A stretch of DNA of 64,000 nt. Source: Candidatus Moraniibacteriota bacterium (GTDB lineage Bacteria; Patescibacteriota; Minisyncoccia; Moranbacterales; GCA-2747515). Where the stretch lies: positions 290,474-354,473 of the forward strand of contig CP065011.1 of the NCBI GenBank assembly GCA_016699795.1. The letters run 5' to 3'. Below the pieces are notes generated by a model that saw only the letters and a list, made by a program, of their open reading frames with translations, did not search any database and had not been told where the DNA came from. The position numbers and the translations under genes are program-made. Below, in pieces: positions 29,188 through 38,906 of this stretch; the stretch's first letter is position 1, and every line of letters begins with the position of its first letter.

Positions 29188-29484
29188 TTATATATTTTCT
29201 TTTTCATGTAACTTGGATTTTTTCATTTCCAAAATAAAATTATAAGTATTTGTAATTGTTTCACCGATTCGTTCTGTAGTAAATCCAGCAGAATCACACA
29301 CACATTCAACTCGCTCCAAAGAAAAAGGATCCCGATGAGATTCTTTCAAAAATGCATCTATTTCAATAAGAAGTTTTTTGGAAAGGTCTGTATCTATAGG
29401 AAATGAATGTTCTTTTATTTTCTTTTCTTTTTCTATCAAAAAAAGTTGTGCTAAGTGTGAAGTAAGTTGTATTTGTAACACCAT
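29188..29484 (-). CDS. Hypothetical protein
   Basis: 98-aa ORF tightly following the DUF4012 gene. No recognisable family. Confidence 0.3.
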   Translation of the reverse strand: MVLQIQLTSHLAQLFLIEKEKKIKEHSFPIDTDLSKKLLIEIDAFLKESHRDPFSLERVECVCDSAGFTTERIGETITNTYNFILEMKKSKLHEKENI

Positions 29485-29648
29485 AAAAATTCGAAAAAAG
29501 AAATTGTCTATCTCTAACCTTTTCCCAGAATATCTGAAAAAGAAGAAAAAAACAAACTCCCTTTTATTTTTTATTTTCTTTCTTAATTCATACCCCTTTT
29601 ATGAATTGAGAAACTTTCATAAAATAATAATTTCTCTAAAAATAAAAA

Positions 29649-31629
29649 TTATTCCCCGAAGCGAAGAGATGATCCGCCGTTATAAAGAAGTTTTATTTGT
29701 TCATCGGAAAGGGCGTAGTTGAAAATTTGAACATCATCGATTTTTCCATTCCAATAATAATTTCCACCCCCACCATAATTACCCATTGTTATCGCTTGTG
29801 CCGAATAATTATGCGTATCTGGAGCTGAAGTTGAAAGATTCGCATTCAAATATGTATACGTTATTCCTGCTCGCCTCGTTACTAAAGCATGATACCATCT
29901 CCCCGTTACAAAATTTGATCCGAATCCAGTGGTATAGAGAGGACTTCCCGAACCAATAGTTGCATTATAATAACGTAAAATATTTGTATAATATTGTATC
30001 ACACCTCCATTTGATCCATGATCTAAAACATATTTATTTCCAGTAAGATTATTTCCATTAATCCACGCAGACCATGTGAAGTCTCCTGTACCGTAAGCAA
30101 AAACGGGATTTGATGATATGTTTATTTTATCATCCGTTCCATCGAAAGTAAGTGACGAATTAAATTTCCCAGTAATGCCATTCCCCCATGCAGTATTGGG
30201 GGTTTGACAAGTACCTACTGATAGTTGAGTTCCTCCCGAACCACTCCACGTTCCATGATTATTATTTCCGGAGATATCGTGAATTATTGTTCCCTCACAC
30301 TCATCCATATTCCAATACGCAATAGGTTTTCCACGATTATATTCCCATGCGATTTGAGCTGGAGTGCGAGCGTAATTATAGATACGAACGTCATCTATGG
30401 AGCCTGTAAAATAATAGCCTCCATTAGACCATTGTCCAAAATAATTTAAACTAATATTAATAGCTGGAATAGAAGAAGAAACGGAATTTGCTATAATTTC
30501 TTTTCCATTTAAATAAAGTTTAGTTGTGGCATTGATTGCTCCGGGTATTTTAACCGCCTCAAGATGATACCATTGGTTTGGATTTATTAATCCAGAGCTA
30601 CTTCTATAACCAATCCCCCCATTAAATTCCGCTGAGACCGAGCCGTTGCCATTATTATTTATCATTAAGGAAAAATTGTGTAACGCTACCGTATCACCAA
30701 AAACAGCGATGGACTGTGCGGACGAAATTGAATCGGTTTTAAACCATGCAGAAAGAGATACGCTTGCATCACCGCTTATATTAAGTCCATTTACCGTTGA
30801 AGTACTATAGTCATTCGTTCCATCAAATTTTACTGCTTTTCCCACTTTTCCTACATCCCAAATGGGACCATTCGTGAGAGTTCCGTTATTATTTTTTCCA
30901 CTCGTATCTTTGACTGTAGTTCCTGTTCCATCGTCAAATGTCCATTCTCCTACAGGAGTTGGATCAAGTCCCGAAGCGCAGTTCCCTTCTATATTTCCTG
31001 GAGGACAATATTTCTCATGAGCACCAGTTGCTGGACCACCTACCGTTACAGGATTTGCTGTTCCTTGTATTATTGCGCTTCCTCTATTGTATTCGACTTT
31101 AATTTCATCTTCAGTAAGGGCAAAATTGTAAATTTTTGTTTCATCGATCTTGCCTTTAAAAGCGTGTCCTGATAGTCCACTCCAACCAGAGCCATATGGG
31201 TATAATGTTCCAATTGCCAAAGAAACATTTCCATCGCTATAAACAGGTACCCAGCTAGAAATGTTATGCGTACCACTATTTGTTAGTTTTCCATTAATGT
31301 AAAGACTTACTTTTTTATCAAATCCTCTAATTGAAAAAGCTATATAATGCCATTTTCCTGATTCTATTGTTTTATTGAAACCCAAGCTATATCCCGTTGA
31401 ACCCATAACGTAAAAAGATAAATTGGGGTTTACTCCACCTGTAGAACTTATTGAATAATTGTATTCGCCACTCCCATTCCATGGCTTGGAAATAATATTT
31501 CCTCCATCATCGGATGAGTCGGGTTTTACCCAAACTCCAACAGAAAAATCACTTCCGGTATACCTATTTGCTGATATACTATAAGGGACTTGAATATAAT
31601 CATTACTTCCAACAAAATTTAACCCGCCT
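29649..31629 (-). CDS. LamG/ConA-like lectin-domain repeat protein, 5'-truncated (possible pseudogene)
   Basis: Three ConA-like/LamG modules, each ending GKIDDVRIYN/GKIDDVQIFN/GKIDETKIYN. The open frame extends upstream of the first ATG (31406) to a TAA at ~31630. There is no start codon and no signal peptide ahead of the first domain. Confidence 0.5.
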
Positions 31630-32373
31630 TATGTTCATATACATTCTTTTGACAAACAGGATCTCCTTTCATCAGAAACTTTCTTAGAAACGCAAAACCC
31701 TCGTCCACAATTTTCAGGATCAACCAACATAGCAAATGCTATCGTCGTTACCTCCATACAAAATACACCAAAAATTATTTTTAATGAGATTCCCGTTAAT
31801 GATAATGGGTATTGGAGTCAAACACCCGAATCAGATCTCGAACCTGGATATTACACATTTTACATTTTTGTTCGGGATCCAAATAACTCAGCGATAATTT
31901 CCTCAAAAAATATTCCCTTTTTAATAACTGCTGAGAAAACTATAAAAGACTTAGGAAACAATATGCTCTCAGAAAAAATTCTTTCATCTTCATATAGTAC
32001 TTCTCAAGCAAATCAACTATCACAGCCACCATTTGATTTTATCTTTTCTCTAAAAAATACAGCTGAACTTCAAAAAAAGAAACTCGTAGCATCAATAAAG
32101 ACACCCAATTTTCCAGAAAAATATAGAGGGAAGGAATTTACAGTCAAGTTTTCTATTCTAAATGAAAACGGAAATGAAATTCTCGAGCCTTTTCATAAAA
32201 CCATCGAGCTCACAAAAGATAGTACTTTAGATCAAAGTATTGAGATTCCTCTTTATGCAAGAAATGGCCTTCATTCAATACAGGCTGAAGTTTCATTTGA
32301 AAATTACTCTGTACATAAACAAAAATATTTTGATATGCATATAACTCCTGCAGTTATACGTCTCACACCATGA
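31600..32373 (+). pseudogene. Start-less plus-strand ORF fragment (Ig-like, PGYYTFYIFVRDPNNS)
   Basis: The frame is open from 31600 with no ATG, GTG or TTG start until an internal Met at 31963. It abuts the 5'-truncated LamG gene head-to-head. Confidence 0.3.
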
Positions 32374-32470
32374 AAAATCAAAAAAGTTAGAAGTATTCCA
32401 AATACAAAATTTCTTTTAAAAAAGCTTTTTGTACACTTTTTTTCTGCATGTTATTTATGCGAACCACCTA

Positions 32471-32510
32471 AAAAGCAAAAAACCACTAGATTTTATTCTC
32501 GTGGTTTTAT
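32471..32510 (-). terminator. Intrinsic terminator after the Wzy_C-TPR gene
   Basis: Hairpin aaccac..(14-nt loop)..gtggtt at 32481-32506. An A-run precedes it (a U-run on the minus strand) and a T4 run follows. Confidence 0.4.
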
Positions 32511-32529
32511 GCATTTTCATTAACTATTT

Positions 32530-35073
32530 TTATTTTGGAGCTGGTGGAGCAATTTGATTTGGATCAACACCTGAGGCTGGATTTACATTCGGATTTACTT
32601 CCCCCTTTTCTTCCCCTACTGGTTGAGCACCTTGACTAGGTATTGGTGTTTGCGGAGAAAGATTACTCTTTCCATCTCGAATATTTTGAATAAATTTCGT
32701 CAATTCCGTTTTTGCTTCTTTCGACTCTTCTGGCAAAATATCTAAGGCTTTTTGATAATATTCAATAGCTGTATCTTTTTCTCCCTTCCCTTCATGGAGA
32801 GCGCCCAGACTTAAAAGAGAATTAATTTCTTCTTTATTTACACCCAATATAGATTGAAAAAGACTTTTTGCTTTATCAATATCATCATTAGAATTTCTCA
32901 TTTGATATAATCTAGCAAGGGTAAAGGTATAGGAAAGATTATTCGTTATTCCAACTTTTCGTACAGCATTCTCCATTTGCAAAATAGCCTCATCTTGATT
33001 TCCAAGGGTTTCTTCTACTATTGCTAAATGATAATGTCCGATAGGATAATTTTCTCTAAACTGCAAAGATTTTGAAAATTTTTCTTTTGCACTTTGTAAT
33101 TTCTCTTTTTTTTCACGTTCCTCTTTAACTTTTTGAGAAATAGCTATATCAATCTGACCAAGTTTTAGATAAATATCAGGATTATTAGGCTCAAATTTAA
33201 GAAGTTTTTCATAAGCATCCTTTGCCTTATCTATAAAGGTTGGGTCAAAAAAAGCCATTCCGTCATAAACAACAGCAACATTTTCCTGAGCCACTGTATT
33301 TTCTGGCAACAAATCTCTTCCCGTTTCAACGCTTTTTTGTGAGAAAGCGAGATATTGAAATAACATATCATTATTTCTCTCTGCTTCAGGTTTAAGAGCT
33401 TCCTGATTAGATAAGGTCAGAAATTCTCGACCCATTCGCAAATAATAATACCCCTCCTTTGGAGAAAGTTGTATCGCCTTTCCATAATAATTAATAGATC
33501 CCTCCACAGAAACATTCGGTTGTCTCGCTCCAATTCCCGCATACACATCAGCAACAAAAACTTGTCCCATAAGCACAAAAATAAATGCCACTCCCACCAT
33601 AAGAAGAAGTGAAACAAAAGACAGCGCAAGTGCAAAACGAGGAGATGCTTGAACCGAAAATTCAAAATATTCACTTTCTCTATCACTTTCAGAAAAAATC
33701 ACACCCATAGCAAGAATGCAAAGCAGTATCATAACAATAAGAATAGAACCGTGCGCAATAGTAAGAAAACAACCTAACACTGCTATAACAGCAGCTGCCC
33801 AAACACCTAGAGAAAATAATTTATTTCTCTGTTGTTCTCTCGAAAGAAAATACATAGTCACCACGAATGCTATACCGAAAATACCAATAAGAAGAAATCC
33901 ACCAAAGACACCCATTGTTGTCAAAGTCTCAAAGAACAATCCCCCTGCATGTTCCGGACGAATCTGATAAAAAGGTGTTTGAAAAAAAGATTCTGGAACA
34001 TAAGAAGAAAAAGCTTGCCCATAAAGAGCTATACCTTTTCCAAAGAAAAGATTCTCACCCATAGCTCTTTTTGCTACATCCCAAGAAAGAGAGTAGGCGG
34101 GATAGAGTTCCTGTGGAAGATTTGTTTGCGCTATTTTTATTTTATCCCCCAACATAAGGATAATAAGAATTCCCACAAAAACAACCATAGGAATCCATGC
34201 AAAACTTTCGCTAGGTCGAATAATTCGAGAGAGAATAAACAAAAGAAAAACACCAAGTCCTAGAAGTACCCCAAGCCATGGAATATATTCGTACAAAGCA
34301 AACATCACAATTAAATCTAAAAAGAGCACGAAAAGTAATAAACCATTTATCAATTTTTCTTTTATATCAAGACTCTCAGATTTTTCAGAAAAAAACTCTG
34401 CTCGTAAAAATAAATGCGTAATAAAAAGAGGAAGTAATGACGCCAAAAATATACCCAACGCAGTAAATGATCCCATCACACTTGCAGGAAACCATTTAGG
34501 AAAAAATGGAACACCAAACACTACCAAAGAAGAAACTAAAACTGAAAATCCCCCAGAAAGAGTTATAGCAAAGAACATCATTCGAAGTCGTTTCTCTGTA
34601 GCATTACTCAATATAAAATAGTAACTCAAAACAAAAGCTGAAATAGAAAGAAAGCCTCGACTAGGATCCATAAATGCTCCTATAAAACTTCTCCATGTAT
34701 CAGGGGAGAAGAATAAAAGTAGAAAAGAAATTCCCCACGCTATCCATATAGGGATATCTAAAGGGGTTTTTCTTATTTGAAGCGTCCCACTTGTTACCCC
34801 TCGAACTACCCAAGCTATAACACCAACAAGAAGGCAAAAATAAAAATAAAGTTGCTTTTCGAAAAAAACTCCCTGAAAAGTACTATTAAGAAAAAACAAA
34901 GGAACCCCAAAAAATAAAGCAAATAAACTTGTTGTTACAACACCCTCTAAAAATTTCTTGGATACGGCTGGTGAATTTTCCGCGGATTTTCTTTTTTCAT
35001 TTCGAACCACGTGATAGTGCATATTTGGACTCAGAACATTCGAAATAGGAGTTTTTTCAGTCTGTTCTTTCAT
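32530..35073 (-). CDS. O-antigen ligase (Wzy_C)-domain membrane protein fused to C-terminal TPR repeats
   Basis: About 12 TM helices, with the periplasmic-loop motif FFGKGIALYGQ...RPEHAGGLFFETLTTMGVFGG (Wzy_C-like). The C-terminal ~350 aa contain TPR-like repeats (YYLRMGREF, AIEYYQKALDILPEE). Confidence 0.65.
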   Translation of the reverse strand: MKEQTEKTPISNVLSPNMHYHVVRNEKRKSAENSPAVSKKFLEGVVTTSLFALFFGVPLFFLNSTFQGVFFEKQLYFYFCLLVGVIAWVVRGVTSGTLQIRKTPLDIPIWIAWGISFLLLFFSPDTWRSFIGAFMDPSRGFLSISAFVLSYYFILSNATEKRLRMMFFAITLSGGFSVLVSSLVVFGVPFFPKWFPASVMGSFTALGIFLASLLPLFITHLFLRAEFFSEKSESLDIKEKLINGLLLFVLFLDLIVMFALYEYIPWLGVLLGLGVFLLFILSRIIRPSESFAWIPMVVFVGILIILMLGDKIKIAQTNLPQELYPAYSLSWDVAKRAMGENLFFGKGIALYGQAFSSYVPESFFQTPFYQIRPEHAGGLFFETLTTMGVFGGFLLIGIFGIAFVVTMYFLSREQQRNKLFSLGVWAAAVIAVLGCFLTIAHGSILIVMILLCILAMGVIFSESDRESEYFEFSVQASPRFALALSFVSLLLMVGVAFIFVLMGQVFVADVYAGIGARQPNVSVEGSINYYGKAIQLSPKEGYYYLRMGREFLTLSNQEALKPEAERNNDMLFQYLAFSQKSVETGRDLLPENTVAQENVAVVYDGMAFFDPTFIDKAKDAYEKLLKFEPNNPDIYLKLGQIDIAISQKVKEEREKKEKLQSAKEKFSKSLQFRENYPIGHYHLAIVEETLGNQDEAILQMENAVRKVGITNNLSYTFTLARLYQMRNSNDDIDKAKSLFQSILGVNKEEINSLLSLGALHEGKGEKDTAIEYYQKALDILPEESKEAKTELTKFIQNIRDGKSNLSPQTPIPSQGAQPVGEEKGEVNPNVNPASGVDPNQIAPPAPK

Positions 35074-35429
35074 ATTCTTCTTTCATTTAAAAATCAATAT
35101 TTATTTTTTCTTTTATAATTTTAATTATATCAGTTTATTTCAAAAAAAAGAAATTTTTCTCTTTCCCTGGTAAATATAGATTATTCTTATCCAAAACACC
35201 ACTTACAATTAAAAACTTTGAAGAAGTACTTTTTATATTTTTATAAAGGGATTTATTTTTTCATCATACACAGTATCGCGTTTTTTCATTTTTTTCTTTG
35301 TTGTCCTCTATTTTCTATTCTTATTTCTTATATATAAGTATGAATGTATATTTCTTGTTTAATTTTCTTTCAAAAGAATACTTGTGCTATACTTAAAAAA
35401 AGAAAAAATTAAAAATAGAACTTTCTTTC

Positions 35430-36959
35430 ATGTTAGCAGCACAACATTTTCCTCCCTTTTCTCCTAAAGGAGAAATGATAAAACCTCCCTCAAAAAAACA
35501 CAAAAATCTCCGTGCTTTTTTCTTCATCTTTTCATTAATTATAAGCTTTTCCCTAGGTAGCTATCTTATTTTTTTGGGCTTTATCTTCAAGCAAACAGGT
35601 CAAGCATTACTCACCATCACAACCAATACTCAAAACGCACCCATTCCTACAGTCTTGGGTATTACGAAATCTTTTCTCTCCAATGAACCTAGTAAGCCCC
35701 TCAAAGGAGAAGAGGAAAAGCGTATAAATATACTCCTCTTAGGAAAGGCAAGTGAAGATTATCCTGGTAAAAATCTCACTGACACCATCATGATCGCGTC
35801 TCTCAATACAGAAACAGGAAAGGTCTCTTTTCTTTCTCTTCCTCGAGACCTTTACGTCCCTATCTCAAAAACATCTTCTTCTACAAAAATCAATGCTCTT
35901 TATGCATTAGGAAGAAATAGCGATGATCCTTTTTCTATTATTCGAGATACTATCTCTTCTCTCCTCAAAATTCCCATCCATTATTCTTTTATGGTTGATT
36001 ATAAAGCATTTATTCAAACTGTCGATGCTCTTGGAGGCGTTCAAATTACCGTAGAAAGAGATATCTTAGATACTCATTTTCCTGGACCAAACTATAGTTA
36101 TGAAACATTCGAGCTCACGAAAGGTATTCATCATTTAGATGGATCCACAGCACTCAAATATGTTCGGGAACGCCATAGTGATCCTATGGGAGATTTCGGA
36201 CGAGCAAAGCGACAACAACAAACACTCAAAGCCATAAAAACAAAAGCCTTTAATGCAAAAACATTTCTTAATCCCCTTGCTATTAATGAACTTCTTAGTA
36301 CATTAAAAGAAAATGTTCGAATGGATATTTCGTTGGAAGAAATTCCTCGATTTATAGAAATTTCTCACACACTTGATCTTGAAAATATAGAAATGGTTGT
36401 TGTGGATGCATGGAAACCAGAAAGTCTCTTGCGTGTTTCTCATGTCTTTCTTGAAAATGGTCAAAGGATGTTTGCTCTCTCCCCTCGAACGGGAAGTTTC
36501 GATGAAATTCAAGAAACTGCTCAAAATATTTTCGATTCTTCCTATCTCAAAAAACGAAAAGAAATGATAACGAATGAAGAATCAACAGTTCTTCTTCGAG
36601 TACCAGAAAACCATTACGACACTGCTCAAAAAATAAAAAAACTTCTCAAAGAACTTGGATTTTCAGATATTTCTATCCAGAAAGACGCTTTTGGAGAAGA
36701 TACCTTTCTTGAAGAAAATTCAACCGTATTCGACGCCACTCATCTCGAAAAACCTTTTTCATTAGATGAGCTTATAAAGAAAATACCTGCCACAAAAACA
36801 AATAATAATGCCGAAGAAGAAGAAGAAGAAGAAGAAGAAGAAGAAGAAGAAGAAGCCTATGATTTTATTGTTATTCTTGCAAATGATGCTTTTGAAAGAT
36901 ATAACTGGGAAGAGGCAACAAGAGAAGATCTTGAAAAAAGCACTTCTTACGAAGAATAA
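35430..36959 (+). CDS. LytR-CpsA-Psr (LCP) family phosphotransferase with poly-Glu tail
   Basis: N-terminal TM helix, LCP core ILLLGKASEDYPGKNLTDTIMIASLNTETGKVSFLSLPRDLYVP and LytR_C-like region. The C-terminus carries 14 consecutive Glu. Confidence 0.8.
   Translation: MLAAQHFPPFSPKGEMIKPPSKKHKNLRAFFFIFSLIISFSLGSYLIFLGFIFKQTGQALLTITTNTQNAPIPTVLGITKSFLSNEPSKPLKGEEEKRINILLLGKASEDYPGKNLTDTIMIASLNTETGKVSFLSLPRDLYVPISKTSSSTKINALYALGRNSDDPFSIIRDTISSLLKIPIHYSFMVDYKAFIQTVDALGGVQITVERDILDTHFPGPNYSYETFELTKGIHHLDGSTALKYVRERHSDPMGDFGRAKRQQQTLKAIKTKAFNAKTFLNPLAINELLSTLKENVRMDISLEEIPRFIEISHTLDLENIEMVVVDAWKPESLLRVSHVFLENGQRMFALSPRTGSFDEIQETAQNIFDSSYLKKRKEMITNEESTVLLRVPENHYDTAQKIKKLLKELGFSDISIQKDAFGEDTFLEENSTVFDATHLEKPFSLDELIKKIPATKTNNNAEEEEEEEEEEEEEEAYDFIVILANDAFERYNWEEATREDLEKSTSYEE
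36823..36864 (+). repeat. (GAA)14 trinucleotide microsatellite encoding poly-Glu in the LCP gene
   Basis: A direct run of 14 gaa codons. Confidence 0.9.
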
Positions 36960-37033
36960 CTCCTCTCCAAAATAATTCCTGATAAGATTTTTTCATTTTT
37001 CATTTTATAATATTTACTCCTTTATTTATTTTT

Positions 37034-37573
37034 ATGTATCTCATTATTGGCCTCGGAAATCCTGGAACAAAATATCAAGAAACCAGACATAATGCGGGAT
37101 TTATTTTTTTGGATACCTATATTCAAAATTGGGACTTTCCAAAATTCTCTCTTCATAAAAATTTTTCTGCCGAAACTTCAGAAGGATTTCTTTTGGAGAA
37201 AAAAATTCTTCTCGCAAAACCTCAAACGTATATGAACCTTTCAGGAAAAAGTGTTAAAGCGCTCATAGATTATTACAAAATTAATCTCGAAAACATCCTT
37301 ATTATTCACGATGATAAGGACCTCTCTTTAGGAGAAATACGCACAACTCTAGAATCCTCCAGTGCTGGACATCGAGGTGTTCAAAATATTTTTGACATTC
37401 TTGGTACGAAAGCGATAAAACGCATACGAATTGGTATTGGTCCAGTTCAAGAGAATGTTCCAACAGATGCTTTTGTTTTGGGACAATTCACCTCACAAGA
37501 AAAAAAGAGTCTTCTTGATCATACTGAAAAAATTCAAGAAATTGTTTTTTCTTTTTTGGAAAAAAAATTCTAA
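37034..37573 (+). CDS. pth: Peptidyl-tRNA hydrolase
   Basis: MYLIIGLGNPGTKYQETRHNAGF and the overall 179-aa Pth architecture. Confidence 0.85.
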   Translation: MYLIIGLGNPGTKYQETRHNAGFIFLDTYIQNWDFPKFSLHKNFSAETSEGFLLEKKILLAKPQTYMNLSGKSVKALIDYYKINLENILIIHDDKDLSLGEIRTTLESSSAGHRGVQNIFDILGTKAIKRIRIGIGPVQENVPTDAFVLGQFTSQEKKSLLDHTEKIQEIVFSFLEKKF

Positions 37574-37659
37574 AAATAGAAAAGCTTTAGAAAAAACCTT
37601 TTTTGTTTTCAATATTTTCTTCTATTGTACTATTCCCTTTTTAAAAGAAAAAGAAGAGA

Positions 37660-38703
37660 TTATTCTTTATCTATTTCTTCTTTTTTCTCTTTTGTATATT
37701 CTTCGGCAATAGAACTAATAAGTTTTCGAATATCCCCCATAGCACCATCTTCTAAAATAGAGCAAATAAGAACTCGAGGATTTTTTCTTTTCAATGATCG
37801 GACTACTTTTTTTACTTCTTCTATTGTTTGTTCATCAGATCGAGAAACCAAAACCCATTCAGGTTTTTCCAAAAGCGTTGGATTGTAAATACCCAATTCT
37901 TTTCGAATATTTTTATAATCCAATAACGGATGCTCACTTGTAGCATTTACAAGGTGAAATAAAACACGAGTTCTTTCAATATGTCTCAAAAATTTATGTC
38001 CCAAACCTTTACCCTCTGAAGCACCTTCGATAAGGCCTGGAATATCTGCCAATAAAGTTCCGTAATACATTCCCAAATGAGGCTCCAGCGTAGTGAAATT
38101 ATAATTTCCTACTTTACTTGATGATCGGGTAAGTGCATTCATTAGACTCGATTTTCCAACATTAGGATAACCAATAAAACCAATATCCGCTATAAGCTTT
38201 AGTTCGATATCTAAAGTTGCTGCTTCCCCTACTTTTCCAAGAGTTGCTTTATCCGGACTAGTTTTTCGGCTTGATCGAAAATGAAAATTTCCAAAACCTC
38301 CCCTTCCTCCATGAATAACCGTTATTCTTTGATCTACGAATAATATTTCGTATACCTTATTATTTTCTCGATTTCTAGCAACAGTTCCTACTGGAACCCG
38401 AACCAAAACATCTTTTCCATTATGTCCTGTTTTTACATTCTGACCGCCATTCCTTCCATCTTCAGCAAATATAGGTTTCTTGGATCGAAAAGCTCGAAGA
38501 GCTCCAATATCTGCGACACCCACGAGAACAACATCTCCCCCTCGACCACCATCTCCTCCCGTTGGTCCATACGTTTTCATCGTTCCAGAAAATTGGACAA
38601 CTCCATCTCCACCCTTTCCGGCAGAAACTTTGAGAGTAATTTCATCAATAAGCATATTCGTAAAAAAAAGAGAATTAACAAGGAACTCTACCACGAAGCC
38701 CAA
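37660..38703 (-). CDS. obg: GTPase Obg (likely start 38655, MLIDEITLKV)
   Basis: Obg-fold Gly-rich N-terminus GKGGDGVVQF...GGDGGRGGDVVL, and a G domain GFIGYPNVGKSSL...DIPGLIEGAS. Confidence 0.85.
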   Translation of the reverse strand: MGFVVEFLVNSLFFTNMLIDEITLKVSAGKGGDGVVQFSGTMKTYGPTGGDGGRGGDVVLVGVADIGALRAFRSKKPIFAEDGRNGGQNVKTGHNGKDVLVRVPVGTVARNRENNKVYEILFVDQRITVIHGGRGGFGNFHFRSSRKTSPDKATLGKVGEAATLDIELKLIADIGFIGYPNVGKSSLMNALTRSSSKVGNYNFTTLEPHLGMYYGTLLADIPGLIEGASEGKGLGHKFLRHIERTRVLFHLVNATSEHPLLDYKNIRKELGIYNPTLLEKPEWVLVSRSDEQTIEEVKKVVRSLKRKNPRVLICSILEDGAMGDIRKLISSIAEEYTKEKKEEIDKE

Positions 38704-38906
38704 TATTAATCAATGATACGATAACTTCCATCCTCTCATCTTTTCGATCTCGTCACGATAGGAAAAACCAGTCCAGAAAATCCTCTCCCACCTTCGCGAG
38801 ACTCTACGTAATGGCGGTCATATCCTCCCGTCATCTCAAGCGAGTCCTCGAGTCAAGACTTGGTCCACCTCTGGTGGAGATCCCTCTTCCTTATAAACCT
38901 CCCCTC

